NCBI GenBank assembly: GCA_031835245.2
Contig: JAVKOQ020000025.1
Coordinates: 248,001 to 312,000 of the forward strand
Length of the DNA stretch: 64,000 bases
Direction: 5' to 3'
From: Balamuthia mandrillaris
Lineage: Eukaryota
Both the position numbers and the translations under genes were made by a program. Shown one piece after another: positions 41,547 through 54,632 of the stretch (position 1 is the first letter of the stretch; each line of letters starts with the position of its first letter). The notes beneath the pieces are model-generated. The model did not search any database. It was not told the DNA's origin and worked only from the letters and a program-made list of their open reading frames with translations.

Positions 41547-41720
41547 GCGGTAAGGTTGCTTTGGTGCCGGCACCGTTGCTTATAGCGAGTCGTAAGATAA
41601 GCCGTGATTAGGCACGCCGGAGGTGGGTTATTTTTTGTGTCTCTGTTTTTTGTTTTCCTTTTACTAATTTTGCTTTATTTTCGTTGTCCCATTGATCGGC
41701 TTGATCTTGGCGCCGCCTTA
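41500..41720 (+). ncRNA. Candidate Fanzor omega-RNA (guide scaffold) region
   Basis: Lies between the nuclease ORF end and the right TIR, as in TnpB/Fanzor loci; several short hairpins; boundaries unknown. Confidence 0.45.
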
Positions 41721-42146
41721 ATTCAAACAGCGCTGACGTAGGCCAACGTCAACGAACATAAAGCAAGAACATAAAAGTTCCCCAGCGAAGGAAGAACGGA
41801 AGACGTGCGTTGCGTGCCTTGACTAAAGGCGGGCCTTACGCCTTTTCGTCTTTCTCCTTTAACGCAGACGCAGTTTAGCAGTTGGTGAAACTGCAACCCG
41901 CTTTCTCCCTTTCTCCTTCGCCTCCTCTTGCCTTTTTGCTCTCTTCCTGCGTGCTCTCTCGCCTTCCTTTTGTTGGGAAGGGAGAAAAAAAAGAACAGAA
42001 CCTATCAAAAAAGAGGTGAAAGAATAGAAGCGTCAGTCTTTCTATTCTTTCACTTTCTTTCTGCTCACCTGCATATATTTATTGTATGAGGTGTTTGGGT
42101 GGTTGTCGCTCGCGAGAGCTAGCCCACACAGCAAAGCAGAAGCTTG

Positions 42147-45100
42147 ATGGCGGGGGATGAGGGGGGCGTGTTCGACGTGGTTGACTCCTTTTCCAATGAT
42201 GACATATGGCTGCTTCTGGTCATTGTCTACGGCATCATCATAGGTGCCAACTTCCTGTGGGAACTGCTGACGGACGTTCTCGAGCACGTACGTTCTTCAC
42301 ACTCCTTTTTTTAAGGATCAACACTCCGGACAAAAAGAGGATCTCTTCTTTCTCGCCTCTGACTATTTTATTTTAATATGCGTTTCTTCTTTTCACAGAT
42401 TCTCTCGAAAGAACAAACCCATCTGCTTTCTATGTTGCACAAGCTTTACAAGGAACTTACCATCATTGGTCTTATTTCGATGGCCTTTTTCATTGTGCAG
42501 ATTTCAGGACTGATCGACACTCATACAAAGGTACTGCCCTCCTCTTCTTCTTCTCTTTTTCATTTGTGTGCGTAGTCCGGACTTCATTTGCTCATCAGAA
42601 AGCGCTTCTCTCTCTTCTCGTATTTTGCTTTCTCCCTCAATTCTCCCTCATTTTTCCCATCCCATCCACTGCAGCACGTGTTTGAGTTTGTACATATCAA
42701 CTTGTTCATAATGGTCATATTTTATATTTTGATGGTCGTATTCGTCGCCATCTTGAGTATTGGCATTTATCGGCGCTGGGAAAGTCTGGAGAGTGCTGAT
42801 ACAGGTGCTCTTTCCTTTCTCTGCTCTGCGTCTCTCCCTCCTCTCCTCCGACTAACCTTAAATTGAATGATGTAAAGATGAGGTGGAAAGCGAGAGAGAA
42901 GCCATTTCGGAAAAGAACCGAACTCGAAATTGGGTGGTGGTGGCGCTGGACGTTTTTACCCACTATAAGGCATGGCGGTTACGGTCGGCAAGTGGCTATC
43001 ACCAAGTACGAGAGCATTTCCTACAGCAGGTGGGTTGTGTTGTTTGTTTAGGAGCAGTTAATGCGTACTGACAAGCACTCGCTTGTGGTTGTAATATATA
43101 GCACAACCTACCCTCCAATTTCAAATTTCACAGCTACCTTACAAGAGCCATGAAGTCGTTGTTTGTTGAGTTAGCAGAGATACATTGGTCTGTACTGTTC
43201 ATAGTGGTCTCCATTCAGCTGGCGGTGTTACTCCCCTTTGGCTTTACTCAAGGGGAGGAGGATCTCGGCATCCCTTTGCTGGTGTTGGAGCTCCTGCTCA
43301 TCGCCTTCTACTTTATCCTGTACTATAAAACCAATCGCATTTGGAACATCTTAAAACGGAACAAGCAGATCATGAAGGAGTCTAAGCAGGTCAAGCAAAA
43401 GGAAGAGCACAAGTTACAACTCGAGATGGAGCGAATAGAAAAGGTGGAGCAGAAACTGAAGAAGGAAGGTGCTGCCCCATCAGCACCTCCTTCTGACCCT
43501 GCAGCAACAGCTTCTACCCCTACAAATAGCTCTTCCAGAGAGGGACAAGGCAGTGCCGCCTCTCTCGGGACAGAAGATGATCCTCGCCGCAGTTCAAAAG
43601 ACACTGAAGACAGCGGAGAAGAAGGCTTGGGGCGGAAGGAACTGGTAATCGGACCCACTGGACTTAAGGAATCAAGACCCACCAAGCGAGCAAAGAAGGG
43701 CAAAAAGGTGAAGGCGCGTAAGTTGTCTGCGAACAACACGAAACAGGATGGTGAGGCTTTAGAACTTGAGGAGGAAGAGCAAACACTTCCAGCCGAGGAA
43801 GCGAATGCTGCGGCACGAGGTGTTACTGCGAAGACCCACGAGAACTCGGATGAGGAATTAAATCAACCTGCGCGTCCGTTTCACACTCGTAAAAGTGAGT
43901 ATGGAAAGGGAGAGGAATCAACAGTCCCTACGACAACAGATGTAGAGGCAGAGGCAAAGGCCAAGCTCCGTTCCGACAGCGAGGCTATGGGTAGCAGCAA
44001 GGAGGAAGATAAGACAGCAGACGGTGCGCCCGATCATCGGGACAGGAAAAAAAACATTAAAACCTCTCATTATGGACGCATTACCCAATACAATGACACA
44101 AGCAGCTGTACAACCACAACCTGCCGCGATGCTAACGCCGAGAGTGAAAGCGATAGCGACTATGAATTCTCATCTTCATCGCTCTCTATGGATGATGAAG
44201 AGCAGCAAAAGCAGCATGCTCGTGCTGATTTTGCACATTCTTCCAAGCCACCTACTCCCAACCCACAAACAGAAGCACTGGACCCCATGATTCTTGGTTG
44301 GGGAACTCCATTTACGTATCCCGCCCTCGCTGAAGCGCTTGCGCAGAACAATAATAGCAACTGGGCTACGACACGAAGTTCGTCACAAGCGATGCTTGGT
44401 CCCGCTCTTCCTCTCTACAAACAAGGCAATGCCCCTGCCCTTACTGCTTCTTATTCCTACTACTCTTCTTCGGAGGAAAGCTGGGAGAGCGAAGACTGGT
44501 CAACAGATTCAGAGGCCTCTGCTTCTTCTGGCTACAGCAGCAGTTCCAGCAATGGCTGGTATAGCACCAGCAACCGTTCCGGAGGAACCAGCGATTCGGA
44601 TTACAGTGGCGACGGCGTCAGCAGCTCTGGCTTCAACCAGAGGCACGGCGAGGACACTGAGGATGAAGATGCAGGAAAGAGAGCAACAGGGCATCATCAT
44701 GGCCAGCATCACCACCACCATCACCATCACCATCACCATCATCATACAGAACATCATCGGAGCAACCATAAATCCTCTGACGCTCATCACTTTCAAATCG
44801 ATTTGCAGTTCATCACTAACTTTCTGTGGCCTCTGTTTCGATGTAAACTCTCCAAAAAAGACGTGGCCCATATGCTCTGTAGACGAAATTCTGAGCACGA
44901 AAAGTTGTTCTGGTTCTCTTCCCCAAGTTTCCTCTTCTATTGTATTTCAGTGGTGCTATTCTTTCAAGCCGCTCAAATCGCCTTGATCATGGCCTTCGCT
45001 ATCGGCATCATCGAAGTACACATCACGTACCGCATTGCTCCAATTTTCACCGCCCTCCCAAATATCCTCCTCTTCATGCCCGCCATGCTCTACAACTACG

Positions 45101-46023
45101 CCATCATCATCAATGTTGGAGAGTTCACCAAGCTGGATGTGGTTGAGGAAATTATGGCCAAGAGCCACAAGCCCTCTCGCAGGAGCCGAAAAAAGGATCG
45201 CAAACGCCAGAAGGAGTCTAGCAAACGCCGCTTCTTCCTCTTCCGCAGAAGAAATAAGAAGCATGCAGGAACAAACCTGGATCGCATTGGTCCTACTGCT
45301 CCTCACCACCATCACCACCCTCATCGCCATCACCACCATCATCATCGCCAAGAATCCAGTAGTCGTCAACCCTTGCCTTCCTCTTTCCTACCGCCGTATC
45401 TCCAGAATGGAAACAACAGGAACGCCAACGGCGAAGGAGCACCTCTTCCGTATCCTCTTACCGGAGAAGCTCTCATGCATGCCATTGGTGTGCATCAGTC
45501 AATAGACAGCGCGCTATGTCCTAATCCTTGGTTCTCAACTCCTCTTCAAGCAGCTTCCTTTCTCTCCTCTACTGATGCTAAAGTTGACGAAAACGAAAAT
45601 GAGCAGGAAGATGATGACACCCAAAACCAAAGCCAAAATGAGGAGGATCTCCATCATCACCATCACCACTATCGGCGGCGTCCTACTAACAGCACAACTA
45701 CTCTCAAGCAAGGCCGGCAACGAAGCAGCACTTCTTCTAGTGCTACCACAACGACTAGCACCACTAGCAGCAGTAGTAGTAGTACTAGCGGCTCTCGTAT
45801 TTATCACCAACAGGAAGAGGCACATCAGCATCATCGCTATTCGAAGCAACCACTGCAGCAGCATCAGCCATACAACTATCGGCATCACCGATTGGATCAC
45901 TATCTGGCCGCTGATATTGCAGCAACTACTTCTACAGCCCCAATTCCTGACGATGATTATGACAGCGGCACTGATACGGACGACGCTGAAGTGCACCATC
46001 ACCACCATCACCATCACCACTGA
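42147..46023 (+). CDS. MLO-like seven-transmembrane protein with large low-complexity insertion and His-rich tail, multi-exon
   Basis: LHKLYKELTIIGLIS, FVHINLFIM, RRWESLE, NFKFHSYLTRAM..F.EL.EIHW, LFWFSSPSFLF. Confidence 0.8.
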
Positions 46024-46691
46024 CCAAAAGAAGATAGCCGTTTGTCATCCTTCCTAACCAAGTTGCTACCCCCTACTCTTACCAACAATAATAGAACCTG
46101 TTGCTCACTGATCCTCGTAATGCGTATTACGTTGCTGTGAAGCCCGCTGGTTGTGTTGAGTAGCGCAAACTAACTAACAAGCTTGCTTGTTGCAGGAATA
46201 GCGTATTTCTTGTGTGTGTTGTTTGGTTTTGTGGTTGACCAGGTTGTATCGCAGGAACAGCAGTGAAGAAGTTGCTTGTTGAGGCACCACCAGACGTGCG
46301 GTGCGTAAAAACCTTTGCCTACTTTCTACCTTATCGGTTGTCGTTTCACGAAAAGGGGTTTTTTTTTGGGGGGGGATGCCGCAAAGAGCAGGCAAAGGTG
46401 GCTCTCTTGCACAAGCTCAACCTTGGGAAAAAGAATATTGAGCAGATCGCTGCAATAGCATGTTTCAAACGGAAGAGGAGCAGACACTAACACATCTGCG
46501 GGAAGTAACGCCTGACAAATGCCAGTGCTACACTTGGACGACACTGCCGCATGAGGCTGGCAGGAGAAAAAAAAAAGAACAAAAAAGAACTCACAGGAAA
46601 AACCAGTTTAATAAGGGCCTTGTAGGAGGAACTGAGCGGAGCTGTACAACAGCTTCACGCCAAAGACAGAGAGCACATTGGGCACGCGCAT

Positions 46692-47275
<584 letters not shown>

Positions 47276-47627
47276 TTACGCGCGCCTGTGGCCCTTGGCT
47301 GGTACGTGTACTGCTACTTACTGCAAAAAAAGTTCAGAAAATTTGAACCCTATTTTTTTTTGCTGTTTTCCGTCGAAGAAAAAACAAAGAACTCCGGCAG
47401 CCAATGGTGATGTTCCACGTCAGCCGTAAATGTTGTTTTTCCACCACGACGACATGGGTATATCAAATGTTCAGCCCCTCGTGCAACAGAGCAGAAGTCG
47501 TGCAGCAAGTGCAACCGACCAAGAAGGGAAGGAAGGCAAGGAAGGAAGGAAAGGCAAGGGTCCCTTCATTCGCCTTTGCTCTCTTTGTGGTTGACGCTGC
47601 CAAGTTCAAGCATACGCTGCTATCACC

Positions 47628-50600
47628 ATGCTTCCAGTAAGCAAGCACGAACCTTTCAGGCTCACCTTGGTCCTCAACAACATCTCTGGGAGGATCGCCA
47701 GCCTCACCTCCACCGTGGAGCGGTGCTACGTGGGCACGACCGATGGCCACGTGATCGTCTACCATTTGGGCATACAGCAACAGTCCGCCGAGGAGTCTGG
47801 GTCCAATTCTGTCGGCACCGTCATTGAGCTGGCCACCGGCTTTCAGGCCAAGCTGGAAAAGAAGGCCGGCTTGGGGAGGGGCAAGAACCCTGTGCTCAGC
47901 CTCCAAGTCTTTGAACCGCTGGGTCGCCTCGTTACGCTTTGCGGTTCGTTCTGTTACCTTTCCTTTTGTTCCCCAGTGAGCTGCATGCTCATCTTTTTGT
48001 TTCGCGCGCGCGTGAAGATGGGCACATCGACGTCCTCAACTTGCAGACATTGGAGAGGGTGTCGACCATTTCTGGCGTGAAGGAGGCCCTCTGTTTCTGC
48101 TCTGAGAAGAATGGGCTTCACCTTTGCGCTGGTGCCAAAAAGAAGCTGGTCCTCTACAAGTACAATGACAGCCATTACCAGTTCATCAAGGTTGGTTGCT
48201 TCTGCTTCTGCTGCCTCCTCTGCTCCTTGGTTCTTTTTTTCTTTTCTTTAAGGACCCTCATGACCACAACAGGAAGTGCCATTACCGGAAGCGCCCAAAC
48301 AAATAGAATGGGGAAGAGGAAAGATATGTGTTGGCCACAAGCACGGATACATCCTTGCTAGTGTCAACTCAGGCCAATTAGAACACCTTCCTCTTGCCTT
48401 TGACAAGCATCCTCCTCTGCTCAAGCGCTGCCGAAGAAAGATACTGCTTGTTGCCAATCATATCCTCTCATTTTCGTTGTTTTGTTTTTGTACCTGCTTC
48501 GCTTTTTCTCGTATTCTTCAGGAACCCATTTTTATGGTGCTCCTTAACTGCGTGCTACTGACCGGAACGTTTGTGGATCCCAAAGGCAGCCTTGCCACTG
48601 AAACCATCACTTGGAGCCATACCCCTTCATCGATTGGTACGCTCTTTACAAATTTCTTTCTTATGGAGAATAATAACCAACGCTCGAACATTCTCTGTCT
48701 TCATCGGAGAACAGGGTGGCGGTTTCCCTACATTCTTGCAGCAGAGGAAGAGAACCTAGTGGTACATAGCATTTTCGGCACAGAACGCAGTGTGCAAACA
48801 TTTCCCTTTCCAGATGTTTCGCAAAGGCTTTTAACCCTTAGCGACGAAGGTCCATCCACCCTTCCCCCCCCCCTCTCCCTCCCCCCCCCTCTCTCTCTCT
48901 GTCTCTCTCTCTCTCTCTCTCTGCGTACTGTGGCTGATAATTGATTACGGCTTTGTTAAGGTTCCCATCTATTGGCGGCCTCACCCACTCGCATCTATTG
49001 CCTGGTGCCTGTCCCTATTCAAACTCAGGTTTAGCATTCTTCTTTTATTCACCTTCCAACCAAGTCGCCGTTCGTCTGTCGACTCAATTTTCAACAGCAA
49101 CAACTTTAACTCTTTTTCTCTCGCTAGGTCCAACAATTATTGAAGGAGTTGAGGGTGGAGGAGGCAACGACACTGTTTGTCAACGTAATGAAGGATGACA
49201 AAGACTTCAATCGCAAGTTCTCCTCGTTCCATCAGTCGGCGGGATTGGAGTACCTCCGTAATCGGCGGTTTAAAGAAGCCTTTAGCGAGTTTGAGCTCTC
49301 TGATATCGACCCTCGAGAACTCATCGCTTTCTTTCCTGATCTGCTGCCTCAAAATGCTCACTATACACCCAAAAATGCGTTAAACGTAATAGAACTTGGT
49401 ATGCTTTCCTATTCCGCATCGCAACCCTTTCCTTTTCTTTTTTGAGTTTTGCGAGTAACAGGAGTGTGCTGACCTGCTGTACTTACAGTCGCACAACCGA
49501 TAGCTGGTAAGACAACGAACAAGCCAGAGGAAGCAACGCGAGAAGCGCTTGAGGAACTTAAGGGGCTCCTCACACATTTTCTGGAGCAACGTTGGCGTGA
49601 ATGGCTGTCCAAAGCAGGAATTAAGAAACGAACTTCGCCAGAGGGCGTACGCTACGAGCAAACACTGCATGTAGTACTCCTCAAACTGTTTGCAGATGCG
49701 TACCCACAGCGGGTACCAAGCCTGCTTGGTGAGATTGCCAATCACCGCCCTCTCATATTGGCTGCTGTACATGGCCACGGCTCGGTAGAATCCTGCATTG
49801 CGAACAGCGGGATTACAAGCACTATGTTAGAGGAATTGGAGAGCTATTTCCAAGAAAAGAAGGTTCTTGCTTCCGTCTGCTGATGTGCTATTCGATGGCT
49901 TTCTAATATACCCATTCTTTTCTTTTTGCCACAGCATTACAATGCACTTGCACTTGTGTACAGAAATTGTAGTATGTATGATAAGGCTCTTTCCATTTGG
50001 AAGAGGTAATTTTGCCCTTGCTTTTCTTTCTAACACACCTAGCTTGTGTGGTCCTGACTTGTAGCATTGTAAACAAGCTTGGGAAATGGCAAGCTCATCG
50101 ATAAAGAGCATGATGGCATTGAAGAAACAGTTTCTCTCTTACGACAAAGCACAGACCCCGACCTCGTGTTTGCCTATTCGGAGTGGGTACTCTCTCGGGA
50201 CAAACGGAAAGGCTCAGCTGTATGCTCTCTCTGTCTCTCTGTCTGTCTCTTCAATATTTCTCTATTGACCTTCTTTTGAAAGATATTTACTTCAGCAGAG
50301 AGGGACACACCATTACCTCCAGATCGTGTGTTGGAGTTTTTATCTCCTTTTGGTCACGAACTACGACAGGAATACTTGGAGCACCTCATATGGGCGGAAA
50401 ACAATACGGTAAGCAGATTATTCCTGGTGGCCTTTTTTTTTTTTCAAAATTCTAATGCTTTGTTTATTGTGAACGTACTTTTATTTCTTCTTTCATCGTG
50501 CTTTGCGTTGCAGGAAGAGCTCTATCACAATAAACTGGCACTTTTATACTTGGGTCAGGTGGCGGATCAAGTTGTTTTCCCTGTCTCTGCACATGAAAAG

Positions 50601-51758
50601 CCAGTTCTAGCTGGAACCGAACCTGGCGTAGTGGGCCAGGTAAGCAATGCTTTCATGTGCAAGCCAGCTTATTTTGTTGTTCCTGTGTGTATCCTATAAC
50701 TTTGGCTGTCTCTTCTACACCATACAATACCCGCAGGTCCGAACGAAGCTGCTGCGGCTGCTTTCTGACTCATCCCATTATGACGTGCCAACAATGTTGC
50801 AACGGGTAAAGGATACGCCTCTCTATGAAGAAGCGGTTATCATGCATAGCAAGGTAAGATATTCATTATTTTCTCCTTGCTGCTGTACCACGACCATCTT
50901 ACTAGTATCTTTATTTATTGTTCAGCTGGCACAATACAACTCTGCGTTGATGATCCTAGTTCAATATTTAAGAGACTACGAACGAGCGGAAGCTTATTGC
51001 CTTCGCTATCACGCTGTGGATGAAAACCTGTTCCTCTCTTTATTGCAGATATACCTTTCCAGTAACCAATCATCATCTTCTACCAGCCAACATTCAAACC
51101 ACATTCCCGACAATGCTTTGCGACTATTAAACAGATATCCAATGGAACTACCGCCGACCAAGGTTTTGCCGTTGCTTCCACCCAACCTTCCCCTATCCCA
51201 ATTGTCAGAGTACTTGCGGAGAGCTTTTCAACGCACTTCCCACCTGCACAGAGACGGCCTTATTCTCAAAAATCTTCGCAAATTGGAAAACCTTAACGTA
51301 AGTCTTATTCCTCACCCATTATTCAAGAGTATAAGCAATCGCTTATGGACATGAACGCACAGGTATCCTATCAATTGGTGCAGTGGCGGCAACGTAGCAC
51401 TTATCTGGATAGAGAAACCAAGTGCCCTGTATGTAAGAAGCGTATAGGCGATGTGTTCGCCTATTTTCCCAACGGCGTCATGGTTCATTTCAAGTGTGCT
51501 CAAGACAAGCACGTGTGTCCCATAACCGGCGTAGACTTTCGCGGTGCATCATCCACTGCAGGCGGCCGTTATAGACGCGCTAATCGTCCTCCCTCTCACG
51601 CACGACTCTCCGCCAACATCACAGCAGCCTCCCACCGTAACCTTAAAAACTCTTCTTCTTCCTCCGCCTCCTCTTCCACTGCCACTGCTGCCACCAACAT
51701 AAGAAAGGATAGCAACTTCTCCAACTTTGCAGCTGGCAACAGAGCTACCAGCCTTTAG
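47628..51758 (+). CDS. VPS39: Vps39/Vam6/TGFBRAP1-like tethering subunit (CNH domain, clathrin-like repeat, C-terminal Zn finger), multi-exon
   Basis: CYVGTTDGHV, SDIDPRELIAFFPDLL, EYLEHLI, YHNKLALLYL, RTKLLRLL..S.HY, CPVCKKRIG.VFAYFPNGVMVHFKC; Vps39 versus TGFBRAP1/Vps3 orthology not resolved. Confidence 0.85.
48460..48558 (+). other. U12-type (minor spliceosome) AT-AC intron
   Basis: 5' ATATCCTC, branch TCCTTAAC at 48541-48548, 3' AC 10 nt later; splicing gives in-frame ILLVAN-L-TGTFVDPKG. Confidence 0.85.
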
Positions 51759-51866
51759 TCTCCTGTTCCTTTGTTCGATGCTCGGGTTGTAAACGATGAT
51801 GGTAACAACGCCTTTCGGCATCTTTATTTATTCGATACTTGTAAACGCAGCACTACCACCTCCTTC

Positions 51867-52550
51867 TTATAGTATCACCCCTTCTTCCTCTTCTTCCTCT
51901 TCTTCCTCTTCTTCTTCCACCTCCTCGTCTTCGCTGCTGCTAATGATATCAGGAAGGGGAGTTCTCCAAAAGTTAAAGTCATTGAAGGCAGGGTGCTCCG
52001 CAAACAGCCACCTATCAACAGCCACACCGCTCTTGCCTTTCCTTCTGCTCTCCTCCAGATTCTGCTCTTCTTCCTCTTCCTCTTGTGCTCGTTGTTCTTC
52101 CTTTTGTGGTTGTAAAAACTCCTCTGGAGGATCTTTCTCTGCTCGAGTGCGCTTAAGAGGGTTAACAGCCCTGCGGTAGTCTTTGGCTCTCTTTTTGGGT
52201 CTGTTGTGGCTATTGTTCATGGGTTCGATTACAGTCGTTGCTTCCTCTGCCTCCACTCCCAGTGCAGGGCGCTTCTTTCTTGAAGAGGGCGCTCCTTCGT
52301 TTAAGCGAGGAGTTTGTTCTTGTGTAGTGTGGCGCCTCTTCTGTGGCACCACCAGCATGGAGGGCGAACTTGGGACACTAGCAGTGACGTTATAGTCTTG
52401 CTCCTCCGCTGCTTTCCTCTTTTTTCTCAGCGCTGACAGTGATGGTGGTGGAAGGGAGGTCGAGGAGGAGCCAAGAGTAACAAAACTCTGCTGGCCATTC
52501 GTGGAAATGCTGATTTGTGGGTTGGTGGTTGACCCAGCTCGATGCTCCAT
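51867..52550 (-). CDS. Small disordered protein with WRNPLPNID-type motif (C9orf40/MLLT11-like)
   Basis: Basic NLS-like clusters; FNDFNFWRTPLPDI then acidic tail; start uncertain. Confidence 0.6.
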   Translation of the reverse strand: MEHRAGSTTNPQISISTNGQQSFVTLGSSSTSLPPPSLSALRKKRKAAEEQDYNVTASVPSSPSMLVVPQKRRHTTQEQTPRLNEGAPSSRKKRPALGVEAEEATTVIEPMNNSHNRPKKRAKDYRRAVNPLKRTRAEKDPPEEFLQPQKEEQRAQEEEEEEQNLEESRRKGKSGVAVDRWLFAEHPAFNDFNFWRTPLPDIISSSEDEEVEEEEEEEEEEEEGVIL

Positions 52551-53021
52551 CTCACTCGGCTCCACTTATTTCCAAGTTTTATCGTTATGGTAGCTGTTGT
52601 TGTTGTAACCAGTGCGAAATACACGTAACAATAGTCACCTAAAGTTTAGGAGTAATGATGCGAGAAGCCGCTGCACCATAGTCTGATGGTGTGTGGAGCG
52701 CACGCCAAGCAGGCAAGCGGGAGCCCCCTCCTTGCCTCCTCCTTCGTTGGTTTTTTCTTTCGTAGGAGTTCAAGACGACACGGTCTACGTGACCGCCATG
52801 CTGATGATCTGGGCTATGACGTCAGAGAGATCACAGCAGCAGAGGAGATATCCTCTTGCCTGCCAGATTTCTCCACCAGCAGCCACTCACAGAAAAGAAG
52901 AAGGGAAGCAGAAGAAGAAGAAGAAGCCTCGGCGTCCGTAGAATATATTCTCTGTTTGTGGGTGGTGGTGGTTGTTGTTGGGGGCTGGCTGCAGTTAATT
53001 GAGGGAGAGAGTAAGAACAAC

Positions 53022-53141
53022 ATGGGAGGAGTTACTTTGGCAACAGCGAGCTATGACCATACCATCAAGTTTTGGGAGGCCGCCAGCGGCATTCCTAACC
53101 GCACCATTCAGTACCACGACTCGGTAACGAAACCGCTTTTG

Positions 53142-53180
<39 letters not shown>

Positions 53181-53908
53181 TTCTGCCCCGTTTTTCCCTT
53201 CCCCCTAAGTTGACCATGAAAGTTACTTCCACCGCTTCCTCATGCAGCAAGTGAACAAGCTGGCCATCACACCGAAGAAAACGTACCTGGCAGCGGCCGG
53301 CAACCCTCACATCCGCTTTTTCGAGATTGGCACCAACAACCCTTCTCCCGTACGCATACCCCCGGAAATGTTTTTCCCTTTCTCGCCTTCCTCTGACCTT
53401 TTTATACATATTGTTTATTGTTACGTGTGTTGGAGTAGGTGACCAACTACGACGGGCATACAGGCAACGTCACAGATATCGGCTTTCAACGAGATGGCAA
53501 ATGGATGTACAGCGGCTCTGAAGATGGCACCGTAAAGATTTGGGACCTCAAGTACGTTATACCTCCCTTGCTTTTTCTTCCTGTTCGTTTTCTTCTTCTT
53601 GTTCCCTGGTTGCAGAGTGGGGGTTGTATCTCTGCTGTAACGTTGTTTGTTGTGGTTGGTACAGCGCGCCAGGCTGCCAGAGGGACTACGACTGTGGCTC
53701 TCCTGTAAATACAGTAGTTCTGCACCCCAACCAGGTTAGTGTTTGCCAACAGCCGGTATGAGACGGTTAAAAATAACTTCTGCTTATTGGTACTCATGTG
53801 TAGGCTGAGCTGATTTGTGGACTCCAAAATGGAACAATCAGCGTGTGGGACTTGGCGGAGAACAAATGCTCTCGTGAACATGTATTCTCTGCTCCCTCCC
53901 TCCGCCCT

Positions 53909-53950
<42 letters not shown>

Positions 53951-54632
53951 TCTCTCCTTGCGTAAATACGTGTAAGCATACCTCTTCACAAACCATTCCT
54001 GTTCGTACGTTGCATCAAGGTTCCTGTGGTTGGAGAAGTGGCCATACGTTCAATAAGCGTGGCGCCAGACGGTTCTCAAGTGGTCGCCGCCAACAACAAA
54101 GGCAATTGTTTTGTATGGAAGCTTGGACCAGAGGATACCTCCAAGTTTGAAGCCATAAAACAAATACAAGCCCATAAAACTTACATTCTCAAAGCCCTTT
54201 ACAGTCCAGATGCCAAGTATGTATCCTCTCCCCCAGATACACTATCTGCATTTGGCCATTTTCCTCATTAATCTGTGTTATGCACAGATACTTGGCCACC
54301 TGTTCAGCAGATAAGACCATCAAGATATGGAACGTAAAGGATTATAAACTCAACAAAACACTTTCGGGCCATCAACGATGGGTTTGGGACTGCGTGTTCT
54401 CTGCGGACTCGGCCTATCTCGTCAGCGGTATCTCATTCTCACCCCTTTGAAACTGTTTCCTTGATACACAGAAGACTCATCCCTCACTCTCTTTGCGTCT
54501 TTTTGCCTTTGCCGCTAAACAGCCTCTTCGGACCATGTGGCCCGTCTTTGGGATTTGTCGAGCGGGGAAACCATCCGGCATTACACCGGCCACACCAAAG
54601 CCATCTCCTGCGTCGCTCTTTCCGACTGTTGA
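53022..54632 (+). CDS. MLST8: TOR complex subunit LST8 (WD40), multi-exon
   Basis: [74 protein letters not shown]. Confidence 0.96.

Larger units (their letters stand above)
40501..41720 (+). mobile_element. Non-autonomous TIR DNA transposon (hAT-like ends, 8-bp TSD) carrying a 5'-deleted Fanzor2/TnpB gene - copy 1
   Basis: Left end TAAGGCGGCGCAAAGATCA..GGACAACGAAAA; right end TTTTCGTTGTCCC..TGATCTTGGCGCCGCCTTA; direct repeat ATTCAAAC at 40493-40500 and 41721-41728; homologous copy at 60993. Confidence 0.92.

Noticed and set aside
46174..46560. Short ORFs between the MLO-like gene and UBA52
   Set aside because: No recognisable motif or consistent exon structure
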